NCBI GenBank assembly: GCA_022797295.1
Contig: JAAWKH010000004.1
Coordinates: 3,888-67,887, forward strand
Source of the DNA: Peptococcaceae bacterium
GTDB taxonomy: Bacteria > Bacillota > Dehalobacteriia > UBA4068 > UBA4997
DNA: 64,000 bases
Direction: 5' to 3'
This document shows positions 17,519-26,941 of this stretch, in pieces (position 1 is the first letter of the stretch; each line of letters begins with the position of its first letter). A program made the position numbers and the translations under genes. A model generated the notes under the pieces. It was not told the DNA's origin. It did no database searches and saw only the letters and a program-made list of their open reading frames with translations.

Positions 17519-18028
17519 TTAAAAAATTAAGCAGGAAAGTTCAGCTGAAATGCAACCGATAATAGCGCCAAAAAGGACGTCGCTGGGATAATGTTGGCCT
17601 AGATAGATGCGGGAAAGGCCAACCAGAGCACAAACAGGCAACAACAAAGGAAAGGCCCAAGGGTGCAGAAGTGTGACAACGCCAGCCAAAGCAGTGATGG
17701 TGGCAGTGTGGGCGCTTGGAAAGGATGGGTCATATTGCATTAATTTGCTGAAGATGTTGACGTCTGGCAATTTGATGTGCGGGCGTACTCTTTTGCAGAT
17801 AAATTTAATACTTTGAGCCGAGAACTGAGCGAAAAATACTGCACCCAAAATGTTGGTGCCAGGCACTGAGGGAATAAAAAGCATAAAATAGAGGCAAATA
17901 CCAACCACTGAGGCAAAACCTGCCAAATGTGTAAAAATTGGCATAATCCAGTCTAACAATCGGCATTTTAGTTTTTTGTTACAAAAGTTGAAAATGGCTA
18001 TATCAACGCGGGTTAGTTTCTTGGACAA
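17519..18028 (-). CDS. PAP2-family phosphatase (membrane protein).
   Basis: Motifs KRVRPH, PSAHT and SRIYLGQHYPSDV. Several hydrophobic segments. TTG start after gaggtga. Confidence 0.88.
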   Translation of the reverse strand: MSKKLTRVDIAIFNFCNKKLKCRLLDWIMPIFTHLAGFASVVGICLYFMLFIPSVPGTNILGAVFFAQFSAQSIKFICKRVRPHIKLPDVNIFSKLMQYDPSFPSAHTATITALAGVVTLLHPWAFPLLLPVCALVGLSRIYLGQHYPSDVLFGAIIGCISAELSCLIF

Positions 18029-18052
18029 AAAATCACCTCATAATTAGGGCAT

Positions 18053-19216
18053 TTATTTATAAGTAACGTAAATGTTGCAGTTGGCAATGTTAATAACATA
18101 GGAGCCTGGTTCCCAAAGCTCAATATCACTGAAAAAGTAGGTGTTGTTGACGGTTACGGTTTGACTTTTTTTCGCACTGTACATTGATTGGCTGCTGTTG
18201 GAAAGCTTGTAGATGGTGATAACTTCCTGTCGGGCTGTGCTGCGGCCATTAAAGGTTAGTTTGGCTTCGCTGGTGGTTAGGTGCTGCGGAGTATCAATGA
18301 AGTAGGCGCGGGTTGGTAGCACTTCTGCCGTTAGGTAAACTTCGTTGCTGCCAGGAACCCGATAGGCGGAAACGCCAATGTAAGAGGCCGAAGGATTAAG
18401 CAGAATGGCGTTGGTGGTTGGGTCGTTCAGCCAAGCGTTAACGGCGGAAGAAACATTGCTTAAATCATAGTTGACTTTGGCAATAATCTCCGAGGGGCCT
18501 TGCAGGTTGAAAGCCTGGGCCCGTTTGGCTGGGCTGCCCTGGCTGGGGGAATTAGTGGCAAAATAAGCGTTTTCCGCCATATCTTTGCTGTGTTCCTCTG
18601 CAATAGATACCAGCTCGCCTAGGGTGATAAAGGTTTCCAGCTTCTTTTGCTGGCGGACATTGTTGATTTGCTGCAAGGCTTCAATGGCAATGTTTTCAAC
18701 CTGGGGAATACTCTCATCTGGAGATGGGGTGAATTGACCGGCGTGTATTGGTGTGTCAGAATCGGTGTAAATGAAAACAGAGAGGGTTTGCGGCTCCCAT
18801 TCAACCAGACAGTGCAGGGCCTCGCTGATGAAGCGCACCGGCACCAGTGTGAAATCGTTCATTAGAAAGGGTTTGGCGTCAATGGTATATTCCTGACCGT
18901 TAATGCTGGCCGTGGTTTGGCCCACTGTCAGGTTAATTTCCGTGCCCTCATGCATAATGGTGATTTTTTTGCTGGCGCTGTCATAGTCCAAAGTGGCGTT
19001 TAAGGCCTCGGCACAGGCGCGCAAGGGTAAATAAGTGCGTCCGCTAATCAGCTGCGGCTCAACGTCTGTTAGCAAAAGTTCTTCATTAATAAAAATTTGG
19101 ATGGTGCTGGCCAAAGTGATTTTGCCTGGCACAATCAGCATAAACATCAGCAGAAATAGGGCTAAAAATTTTTTGAATTGGTAAGAAAATATCGGCCGGT
19201 TGGTGTTGCTTTTCAT
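18053..19216 (-). CDS. Secreted protein with a copper-amine-oxidase N-terminal-like domain and a CAP (SCP/PR1-like) domain.
   Basis: Start chosen at the internal ATG (MKSNTNRP...) after cgagga, followed by a signal-like FLALFLLMFMLIV. Motifs GRTYLPLRACAEALNATLDYD and LVPVRFISEALHCLVEWE. CAP-like EEHSKDMAENAYFATNSP...NAWLNDP. Confidence 0.8.
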   Translation of the reverse strand: MKSNTNRPIFSYQFKKFLALFLLMFMLIVPGKITLASTIQIFINEELLLTDVEPQLISGRTYLPLRACAEALNATLDYDSASKKITIMHEGTEINLTVGQTTASINGQEYTIDAKPFLMNDFTLVPVRFISEALHCLVEWEPQTLSVFIYTDSDTPIHAGQFTPSPDESIPQVENIAIEALQQINNVRQQKKLETFITLGELVSIAEEHSKDMAENAYFATNSPSQGSPAKRAQAFNLQGPSEIIAKVNYDLSNVSSAVNAWLNDPTTNAILLNPSASYIGVSAYRVPGSNEVYLTAEVLPTRAYFIDTPQHLTTSEAKLTFNGRSTARQEVITIYKLSNSSQSMYSAKKSQTVTVNNTYFFSDIELWEPGSYVINIANCNIYVTYK

Positions 19217-19504
19217 TAATTTAATCCTCGCTTTGCTGCTAATAATGGTATCATATGGATAAGGTTGTTTTACCTTATCACAACAAATTGCGCTATGGTG
19301 TTTGCTGTTGGGCAAGCAAATCAGCCTGCGCTTTCAGTTTGGCTTCTTTGAGGTTTACATTATACTATAATTCGTCAAAACAATATATTTCTACAAAAAC
19401 AAATAAAATCCTTTATTTGTTTAGGATTTTTTATTGTTTATTTTGGGATAAAAAGCGGCCTTTTATGCCATCCTAATAAACAAAAAAGAAAAGAGGCTTT
19501 AATT

Positions 19505-19798
19505 ATGGATACAAATAAAGAAAATGAATTGCTGCAAAATTTGGATAAACAAACGCCGCCGGCCACGGATGGTCATTTGGCTGACGGTCGTCCGGCTCGG
19601 CTTGGCGCAAGTTGGGCGGCGGTTAATCCACCTGCCACTCAAGCGGTTCAGCCTAGCGGAGCCAGCTCCCAGGCCAGTCAGCCCTCTATGGATGGCTTGG
19701 AGGGGCTTTCGGATATTGAGCGGGTGACGCCGGAAATGGTAAACCGAATGGAGGCCTACGGTACGGAAGCAGTTTACGACGCTAACAAAAATCATTAA
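19505..19798 (+). CDS. Hypothetical small P/A/Q/S-rich protein.
   Basis: RBS aagagg 8 nt before the ATG, and a terminator hairpin downstream. The fully overlapping antisense ORF is judged spurious. Confidence 0.45.
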   Translation: MDTNKENELLQNLDKQTPPATDGHLADGRPARLGASWAAVNPPATQAVQPSGASSQASQPSMDGLEGLSDIERVTPEMVNRMEAYGTEAVYDANKNH

Positions 19799-19866
19799 GC
19801 ATCCAGTTTATATTAGGTTTATATTTTAATAGTATAATCGCAGAGTAATAACCTTTTTGCAAAAAA

Positions 19867-19910
19867 TTTGAGGGGTACTGGCTGTTTTACGACAGCTTGT
19901 ACCCCTCAAA
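19867..19910. terminator. Bidirectional terminator hairpin between convergent genes.
   Basis: tttgaggggtac (19867-19878) pairs with gtacccctcaaa (19899-19910). A/T runs lie on both sides. Confidence 0.75.
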
Positions 19911-19931
19911 AACAATAAAGTTGCTGATTTT

Positions 19932-20846
19932 TCAAATTTGCTCCAAATCGTAGGGAGTGGTTTGGTAAACATAATAGTTTAGCCAGTTGGTGAACAGCAG
20001 GTTAGCGTGGGCCCGCCAGTGGTTGACCGGTTTTTGGTTTGGGTCGTTTTGGGGAAAATAATTCAGGGGAATTTGCACCGGCAGTCCGTTGGCCAGGTCG
20101 CGCTGGTATTCGTCCCGTAGCGTGTAGAGGTCGTATTCGGAATGGCCGCTGATAAAGAACTGGCGGCTTTCCTGGTCGCTGACGATATGAATGCCAGCTT
20201 GGGGCGAAATTGCCAGCACGCGCAACTGCGGTACATTGGCAATGGCTTCAGGGTCGGATTGCGTGTGGCGGGAATGGGGTGCATAATATTCCTCGTCAAA
20301 ACCGCGGAACAATCGGGCTTTGGGGTTTAACAGCTGGTGGCTGTAAATACCGCTTAGTTTGCCGGGCAGCTGCTGCTTGGGCACGCCGTAATGATAATAA
20401 AGGCCGGCTTGCGAGGCCCAGCAGATGTGCATGGTGCTGTGTACGTGAGTTTGCGTCCATTCCATAATCTGGCAAAGCTCCGGCCAATATTCCACTGCCT
20501 CAAATGGCATATTTTCCACCGGCGCGCCGGTGATGATAATACCGTCGTAATTTTCGCTTTTGATGTCCTCAAAAGTGCGATAAAAAGCGGAAAGGTGTTC
20601 TTCCGAGGTGTTTTTGGCGGTGTAGCTTTGGGTGTGAATCAAATCCACCTCAATTTGTAGCGGTGTGTTGGCCAAACAGCGCAGCAGTTGGGTTTCTGTG
20701 GCAATTTTGGTGGGCATCAAATTTACAATGCCAATGCGTAGCGGGCGAATATCCTGTGTTAAGGCGCGAGTTTCCGTCATCACAAAAATATGCTCGTTTT
20801 CCAGAATTGGTCTGGCCGGTAAATCGTTGGGAATTTTGATAGGCAT
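19932..20846 (-). CDS. metA: Homoserine O-acyltransferase (MetA family).
   Basis: MPIKIPNDLPARPILENEHIFVMTETRALTQDIRPLRIGIVNLMPTKI..., 304 aa, RBS ggagg. Confidence 0.93.
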   Translation of the reverse strand: MPIKIPNDLPARPILENEHIFVMTETRALTQDIRPLRIGIVNLMPTKIATETQLLRCLANTPLQIEVDLIHTQSYTAKNTSEEHLSAFYRTFEDIKSENYDGIIITGAPVENMPFEAVEYWPELCQIMEWTQTHVHSTMHICWASQAGLYYHYGVPKQQLPGKLSGIYSHQLLNPKARLFRGFDEEYYAPHSRHTQSDPEAIANVPQLRVLAISPQAGIHIVSDQESRQFFISGHSEYDLYTLRDEYQRDLANGLPVQIPLNYFPQNDPNQKPVNHWRAHANLLFTNWLNYYVYQTTPYDLEQI

Positions 20847-20923
20847 TAGAGTGAAGCCTCCTTAATTTTCAGAAAAATAAAAGACCAAAAGCCTAGATAA
20901 ATCATAGGCAAAAGGCTATAATT

Positions 20924-20952
20924 ATTATATAGTAAAAACTGTTGCAAGTCAA
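20924..20952 (-). promoter_or_regulatory. Sigma-70-like promoter for metA.
   Basis: On the minus strand: TTGACT, a 17-nt spacer, then TATAAT, about 75 nt upstream of the start. No S-box-sized leader. Confidence 0.5.
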
Positions 20953-21041
20953 TGATTTTGCTTATATGAAAATTTTATATAAAGCTATAAGAAAAATATA
21001 TAGGCCGGCTACTTTGGGCCGGTGCAAGGAGCGATGATACA

Positions 21042-22823
21042 ATGCTGAAAAAGCTGCTGCCATGTGCGCAGGGGGTTAGGTTGCCAATGGCCTTAACGCC
21101 GCTGTTTATTGTGGGCGAGGTTTTGATGGAAATTCTTATCCCGTTGGTGATGGCCCAAATTGTTAATGTAGGCTTGGCGGGAGAGGGCGATTTGGCTTAT
21201 ATTTGGCGGATGGGCGCTTTGATGGTGGCGTTGGCTTGCTTATCGCTGCTGTTTGGCGTGTTGGCTGGGCGCAGCGCGGCTGTGGGAGCAATGGGTTTTG
21301 CCAAAAATGTGCGGGAGCGGATTTTTGCCAAAATTCAGGGATTCTCTTTTGCCAAGCTGGACAAATTCAGTACGCCCTCTCTGATAACTCGCTTGACCAC
21401 GGACGTTACAAATACGCAGATGGCTTTGATGATGGGGTTGCGAATTCTTTTCCGGGCGCCGTTGATGTTGATTTGTGCGGCGGCTATGGCTTTTTACATC
21501 AACGCCCGGCTGGCTTTGATTTTTCTGGCGGCTTTGCCTTTGTTGGCCGGCGCTATATTTTGGATTTCCAGCAAGGCTTTTGGTCGCTTTAAGATATTGC
21601 TGACCAAATATGATAAGCTGAATGACCGCACTCAGGAGGATTTAACGGCTATCCGGGTGGTTAAGGCTTTTGTGCGTGGAGATTATGAGATTGCGCTGTT
21701 TGACAAAAGCATTGATGAGCTGCGGGCGGCCAGCTTTCGGGCCGAGGGCTTGATTATCTGCACGATGCCGCTAATGCAGCTGGTGATGTATGGTTGTATG
21801 CTGGCGGCGGCTTGGTTTGGCGGCAATATGATTATCGTTGGGGATATGCTGCTGGGGGATTTGATGGGCTTCATCAGTTATATTTCTCAGATTTTAATGT
21901 CCGTGATGATGATTGCGATGATTGCCGTAAATTTAATTTTGTCGCGAGCTTCGGTTAGCCGAATTGTGGAGGTTTTGGAGGAGCCGTCCGGGATGGCGGA
22001 GCCGGCGCAGGCTTTGCCGGCGCAGTCTGGCGAGGTGGTTTTTGAAAATGTCAGCTTCAGCTATCCGGGCGCGGGCGGCCCGGCCTTGCAAAATATCAAT
22101 CTGCGGATTGCCGCCGGCGAAACGGTGGGCATTATCGGCGGCACTGGTTCCGGCAAATCCAGCCTGGTGCAGCTAATCCCCCGGCTTTACGACGTTAGCT
22201 CCGGCCGGGTGTTGCTGGGCGGCGTGGATGTGCAGCAGCAAAGCCTGGCGGAGCTGCGCTCCAAGGTGGCCATTGTTCTGCAAAAGAATTTACTGTTTTC
22301 CGGCACAATTTTGGAAAACTTGCGCTGGGGTAATCCTGAGGCCAGCCAGGCGGAGGTTGAGGCGGCCTGTCGGTCTGCGGCGGCGCATGATTTTATTCTC
22401 AGCCTGCCGCAGGGTTATCAAACAATGTTGGGGCAGGGCGGCGTGAACCTTTCCGGTGGGCAGAAGCAGCGTTTGTGCATTGCCCGGGCTTTGCTGCGTC
22501 AGGCAGCGGTGATTATTTTGGATGATAGCACCAGCGCGGTGGATACGGCCACGGATAAGCAAATCCGTCAGGCTTTGGCGGCGGAAAGCCGCAGCCGCAA
22601 AGTTACCACGCTGATTGTGGCTCAGCGTATCGCTTCGGTGCAGGAGGCGGATAAGATTGTGGTGCTGGATGGCGGCCGCATTGACGGCGTGGGCACGCAC
22701 GCTGAATTGCTGGCCAACAACCATATTTACCAGGAGGTTTACTATTCGCAGCAAAGCAGTTCGCAGCAAAGCTGCTCACAACAGAATTTTGTGCAGAAAG
22801 GGGTGGCGGAAATTGGCGGCTGA
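21042..22823 (+). CDS. ABC transporter, fused permease/ATP-binding subunit (exporter type), first of a pair.
   Basis: Six-TM N-terminal half. Walker A GGTGSGKSS, signature LSGGQKQR, Walker B IILDDSTSAVD. Confidence 0.92.
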   Translation: MLKKLLPCAQGVRLPMALTPLFIVGEVLMEILIPLVMAQIVNVGLAGEGDLAYIWRMGALMVALACLSLLFGVLAGRSAAVGAMGFAKNVRERIFAKIQGFSFAKLDKFSTPSLITRLTTDVTNTQMALMMGLRILFRAPLMLICAAAMAFYINARLALIFLAALPLLAGAIFWISSKAFGRFKILLTKYDKLNDRTQEDLTAIRVVKAFVRGDYEIALFDKSIDELRAASFRAEGLIICTMPLMQLVMYGCMLAAAWFGGNMIIVGDMLLGDLMGFISYISQILMSVMMIAMIAVNLILSRASVSRIVEVLEEPSGMAEPAQALPAQSGEVVFENVSFSYPGAGGPALQNINLRIAAGETVGIIGGTGSGKSSLVQLIPRLYDVSSGRVLLGGVDVQQQSLAELRSKVAIVLQKNLLFSGTILENLRWGNPEASQAEVEAACRSAAAHDFILSLPQGYQTMLGQGGVNLSGGQKQRLCIARALLRQAAVIILDDSTSAVDTATDKQIRQALAAESRSRKVTTLIVAQRIASVQEADKIVVLDGGRIDGVGTHAELLANNHIYQEVYYSQQSSSQQSCSQQNFVQKGVAEIGG

Positions 22824-24669
22824 AACAAATAAGGAGACTCAAAAAGATTTACCAAAGGGCTACAAAAAAGGCCCCGGCAATTTGCGGGGAACGCTGTTGC
22901 GGCTGTTGGCGCTTATGCGGCCTTATCGGTTGCGCCTGTTTTTGGTGCTGCTGGCCATTTTGGGCAGTTCCGCGGCGGCAGTGGCCAGCAGTTACTATTT
23001 GAAACCGCTGTTCAACAATTATATTTTGCCGTTTGTGGGCCAGCAAAACCCGGATCTCTCCGGTTTTGCGCGTTTGATGGCCTTGATGGGCGGCATTTAT
23101 CTGTTGGGTGCAGCCTGCACCTTTATCTACAACCGATTAATGCTGGTGATTTCCACCAACACGCTGGCTAATATCCGGCGGGATATGTTCCGGCATATGC
23201 AAAGCCTGCCGCTGAAATATTTCGACGCTCACCCACACGGCGAGGTGATGAGCCTTTACACCAACGATACCGACGCGCTGCACGATTTGTTGAGCATGGG
23301 GTTGCCGCAGTTTTTGGCTTCCGCTGTTACGCTGCTTGGTGTGCTGGCGGCTATGCTGATTTTAAGCCCTGCTCTCACATTGCTGGTTTTGCTGATGTTG
23401 GCTTTGATGCTGCTGGCGGTGCGTTTGATTGGCCGGCGTAGCGGTTTTTACTTTAAGCGGCAGCAGGCGGCTATCGGCAGCTTAAACGGTTATGTGGAAG
23501 AAATGATTGGCGGCCAGAAGGTCATCAAGGTGTTTCAACATGAGCAGGCCTGCAAGCAGGATTTTGACCGTTTGAATCTGGAGCTTTGCCAGGCTTCCAC
23601 CAATGCCCACACCTTTGCCAATATTCTGATGCCGGTGATGATGAATCTTTCCTATTTGCATTATGCTCTGACTGCCGTGCTGGGTGCGGTGCTGGCAGTT
23701 TACGGCTGGCTGGATTTGGGCGCTATTGCGGCCTTTTTGCAGCTGACCAGGCAATTTGCCCAGCCGGTGACTCAGATTTCCCAACAGTTTAACAATGTGC
23801 TGCTGGCTTTGGCCGGGGCTGAGCGCATTTTTGCGTTGCTGGATGAGCAGCCGGAGCAGGACGACGGCCAGGTGCGGCTGCTGCAAGACGGCCAACAGTG
23901 GCAGTGGCGGCAGGCGGATGGCGATCGCCAGCCGGTGCGGGGCGAGGTGCGGCTGGAGAATGTGACTTTTGGCTACACGCCGGAAAAGACCGTGCTGCAC
24001 AACGTCAGCTTTTACGCCAAGCCGGGCCAAAAGATTGCGCTGGTGGGCAGCACCGGCGCTGGCAAAACCACCATCACAAATTTGCTAAATCGTTTCTATG
24101 ATGTTGAGCAGGGCTGCATTTTGTTTGACGGCATTGATATTAAGCAAATAAAAAAAGCGGACTTACGCCGCTCCTTGGCTTTTGTTTTGCAGGATAGCCA
24201 CTTGTTTTCCGGTAGTATCCGCGATAATATTCGCTACGGCCGGCTGGACGCCACCGACGCGGAGGTTGAGGCCGCCGCTCAGCTTGCCAATGCAGATGGC
24301 TTTATCCGCCAGCTGCCGCAGGGATATGACACGATTATCAGCGGCGACGGCGGCAATTTATCGCAGGGGCAACGGCAGCTTTTGACGATTGCCCGCGCCG
24401 CCGTGGCCAATCCGCCGGTTTTGGTGCTGGATGAAGCCACCAGTTCAATCGACACCCGCACGGAAGCGTTGATTGAAAAGGGTATGAATAGCTTGATGGA
24501 GGGCCGCACCGTGTTTGTGATTGCCCACCGTCTTTCTACTGTGCGCAATGCCAACGCCATTTTGGTGATTGAGGGCGGCCAAATTATTGAGCGGGGCGAC
24601 CACGCTGAACTGTTGCGTCAAAAGGGACGTTACTATCAGCTTTACACCGGATTATTTGAGCTCAGCTGA
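22813..24669 (+). CDS. ABC transporter, fused permease/ATP-binding subunit, second of the pair.
   Basis: Walker A GSTGAGKTT, signature LSQGQRQL, Walker B LVLDEATSSID. Start uncertain. TTG 22813 (after ggggtgg, overlapping the upstream gene by 11 nt) is preferred over the long ORF-track start at 22615. Confidence 0.88.
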   Translation: MAAETNKETQKDLPKGYKKGPGNLRGTLLRLLALMRPYRLRLFLVLLAILGSSAAAVASSYYLKPLFNNYILPFVGQQNPDLSGFARLMALMGGIYLLGAACTFIYNRLMLVISTNTLANIRRDMFRHMQSLPLKYFDAHPHGEVMSLYTNDTDALHDLLSMGLPQFLASAVTLLGVLAAMLILSPALTLLVLLMLALMLLAVRLIGRRSGFYFKRQQAAIGSLNGYVEEMIGGQKVIKVFQHEQACKQDFDRLNLELCQASTNAHTFANILMPVMMNLSYLHYALTAVLGAVLAVYGWLDLGAIAAFLQLTRQFAQPVTQISQQFNNVLLALAGAERIFALLDEQPEQDDGQVRLLQDGQQWQWRQADGDRQPVRGEVRLENVTFGYTPEKTVLHNVSFYAKPGQKIALVGSTGAGKTTITNLLNRFYDVEQGCILFDGIDIKQIKKADLRRSLAFVLQDSHLFSGSIRDNIRYGRLDATDAEVEAAAQLANADGFIRQLPQGYDTIISGDGGNLSQGQRQLLTIARAAVANPPVLVLDEATSSIDTRTEALIEKGMNSLMEGRTVFVIAHRLSTVRNANAILVIEGGQIIERGDHAELLRQKGRYYQLYTGLFELS

Positions 24670-24679
24670 GGCTGAGCTC
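24658..24679. terminator. Hairpin spanning the ABC gene stop codon, between convergent genes.
   Basis: Perfect 9-bp stem, gagctcagc with gctgagctc, and a 4-nt loop. The T-tract is weak. Confidence 0.45.
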
Positions 24680-24692
24680 GGCCGTGTTTGGG

Positions 24693-24893
24693 TTAAAAAT
24701 TGTTGCCAGTCATGTAAAACAGCAAACAAATAGCTAAAAACAGGCAAATTCCGCCCAAAATTTTGCCCAAATTTTTGTTGCTGCGGCGATATTCAAAGGG
24801 GTTGAGGAACAAGTCCTTGATAATCTGCCAGGTGGTTTTGTTTTCTTCCCGGCCGCCTTTGCGTTTTTTGCGTTTGCTCATTTGCTTTTGCAC
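24693..24893 (-). CDS. Hypothetical small membrane protein.
   Basis: Basic N-terminus (KRKKRKGGREENK) followed by one hydrophobic helix (ILGGICLFLAICLLFYM). aaggag lies upstream. The start (GTG or internal ATG) is uncertain. Confidence 0.4.
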   Translation of the reverse strand: MQKQMSKRKKRKGGREENKTTWQIIKDLFLNPFEYRRSNKNLGKILGGICLFLAICLLFYMTGNNF

Positions 24894-25275
24894 GCTCCTT
24901 TAACTTTTAAGCTTATATTATCATAGCATATTTTGTTTGCCAAAGCTAGCTTTTTTTAGGAACAATTTATAACGGCGTTTGGTTTGAAAACGCCGCTATA
25001 AATTGTGTGTGAACACTTAGCGATTGGCAAGTCCACTTTAGTGTATGCAGACAGAGCTTAGTGAGAACCATTTCAACTAGCCGCGTCTTTTAGGGTGGCG
25101 GATAGTTGATTTGCTTTTTAAATTTAAGGTATCTTTTGGAGAATTGCCGTAAATGTTTGAAATTTTAAAAAAGATATGATATAATAAAAAAGAAATAAAG
25201 TAATTATTGATATTTTAAGTTGGTTTTGATAGTTTTAGGTTTTTAGATAGGTTTGTTGTGCTAAGGAGTTTTTGT

Positions 25276-26886
25276 ATGCTTCAGAAAATTAGAGTGGGCC
25301 GCCTGCTGCTGGGCTTTGGCCTGGCCTGGTTTTGTTTGCTGCTTTGGCCTGCGCCAGCCTGGGCGGAGGACGGCTCGGCGGCTTATGTGCAGCGGGACGG
25401 CGGGCGAATTTACACGGTTATTAACACTGTGCGGGTGGAAAACCGCAGCTCCCGGCTCATCCGAAACATCAATCTTGAGGTGCCGCTGGCCTCTAACCAA
25501 AGCGTGCATTGGCAGGATGTGTTGGGAGAGGAACTTTTTCCTCAGCCGCAAAGCATTGATCAGGCAGCCGATGGCAGCCGCACGGCTCATTATTTGATTG
25601 AAGAACTGCCGGCTGGCCAAAGTGTGGAACTGGTGCAGCGGGTGGCAGTGCAGAATTATTGCGTCACTTACGATGTGAGCGAGCAGGATTCCGCCTTGGA
25701 GCTGGAGGGCTTGGATGTTTATTTAGCGCCCTCTGATGAGATAAATTCTGATTCGTCGGAAATTATTTCTTTTGCCAAAGCTGCCACGGCGGCCTCCGCT
25801 AACCCCTATTTGCAGGCGCGCTTGTTGTTTTCTGCCGTCAACGGTTATTTAACCTATGACAACACGGAGCGTGAAAGCCGTTCTGCTCAGGCTGCCTATG
25901 CGCAGGGCAGTGGCAACTGCGTGGATTATGCCAATTTATATGCGGCCACCTTGCGGGCAATGGGCATTCCGGCCAGAGTGTGCGGCGGCTTTTTGTATGA
26001 CCCAACAGTGCAGTTGGACAATGCTTTTTTAAGCCCCAAGGGGCATATCAACGCGGACAGACTGCGGCATAATTGGGTGGAATTTTACATAAAAGGCGTG
26101 GGCTGGTTGGTGGCCGACCCCACCTTTTCCTATAGAGATGGCGACTCTTCCGGCCAGATGACGGATTGGTCCCGCTTTGCGAATATTGTGAATTCCCACC
26201 GCTTGATTTACACCTGTGAATATCTGCCGGATAATAACAGTGTTATTTACAATTATCAGGGGGCGGCTCCATTGATTAGCTATAGCTCCGAGCTGGCCCT
26301 GTACTCGGTGATTTCGCCCTTTACGGATTTAACCAACCATTGGGCGGCGGAGGCGGTGCTTGGTTTGTACTACAACACGCCGCCGTTGGTGAACGGCCTT
26401 TCCGAAAGTTACTTTGGCGTGGGCGAAAACCTGACGCGCGCTCAGTTTGCGGCCCTGCTGAACCGGGCGTTGGACCGGGTGGCTCCACTGCCGGACGGTG
26501 CGCTGGCGGATAAGCTTTACACAGACATTGCCACCGGCCATTGGGCTTATGATGATATTTATAAGGCGGCGGCCCGCGGCCTGCTCTCCGGTTACACGGA
26601 CGGTACGGTGCGGCCGGACGCTTATATCACCAGGGCGGAGGCGGCCGTGATGTTGAACCGGATTATTGGCGGCGGCGATTTGGCGGCGGAGCTGCCCTAT
26701 GTTGATATGCAGCAGGGCTACGCTTGGGCCAGAACCGCCGTGGGCAATTTGTATCGCCTGGGGATTATGCATGGCGTTGCGCCGGATACGTTTGCGCCTA
26801 ACAAACTGATTACCAGAGGCGAGGGGGCGGCTATTATTTACCGTTGGTTGCAAAGCGATGTTTACTATGAAAAATATTTTGATTAA
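25276..26886 (+). CDS. Cell-wall-anchored transglutaminase-like protein with three C-terminal SLH domains.
   Basis: ATG 25276 follows aaggag. Signal peptide ...PAPAWA. Transglutaminase core GSGNCVDYANLYAATLRAMGIPARV...HNWVEFY...ADPT. Three SLH-like repeats (FTDLTNHWAAEAV, YTDIATGHWAYDDI, a YAWARTAVGNL-type repeat). Confidence 0.88.
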   Translation: MLQKIRVGRLLLGFGLAWFCLLLWPAPAWAEDGSAAYVQRDGGRIYTVINTVRVENRSSRLIRNINLEVPLASNQSVHWQDVLGEELFPQPQSIDQAADGSRTAHYLIEELPAGQSVELVQRVAVQNYCVTYDVSEQDSALELEGLDVYLAPSDEINSDSSEIISFAKAATAASANPYLQARLLFSAVNGYLTYDNTERESRSAQAAYAQGSGNCVDYANLYAATLRAMGIPARVCGGFLYDPTVQLDNAFLSPKGHINADRLRHNWVEFYIKGVGWLVADPTFSYRDGDSSGQMTDWSRFANIVNSHRLIYTCEYLPDNNSVIYNYQGAAPLISYSSELALYSVISPFTDLTNHWAAEAVLGLYYNTPPLVNGLSESYFGVGENLTRAQFAALLNRALDRVAPLPDGALADKLYTDIATGHWAYDDIYKAAARGLLSGYTDGTVRPDAYITRAEAAVMLNRIIGGGDLAAELPYVDMQQGYAWARTAVGNLYRLGIMHGVAPDTFAPNKLITRGEGAAIIYRWLQSDVYYEKYFD

Positions 26887-26941
26887 GCCAAATTTTTAAT
26901 AAGTTTGTTTGGAAATTTATTTAAGGGAGAGTTGCTAAGTT

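Noticed and set aside
19499-19795. 98-aa minus-strand ORF fully overlapping 19505-19798 (+).
   Set aside because: The + strand ORF has an RBS and a downstream terminator. The minus-strand ORF has neither and is Arg-rich. Even the + strand call is only moderate confidence.
20847-21041. Expected S-box (SAM) riboswitch upstream of metA. T-box leaders were also expected upstream of argS and the ilv genes.
   Set aside because: The metA leader is only about 75 nt and lacks S-box helices. argS and ilvD are only 15 and ~45 nt from the preceding genes, leaving no room for a leader.
22615-22842. The long ORF-track start (22615) for the second ABC gene, and the AAGGAG at 22831 as its RBS.
   Set aside because: A 22615 start would overlap the first ABC gene by about 200 nt. 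No in-frame start codon follows the AAGGAG at a usable distance. TTG 22813, with ggggtgg upstream, gives the usual N-terminus (…LRGTLLRLLALMRPY).
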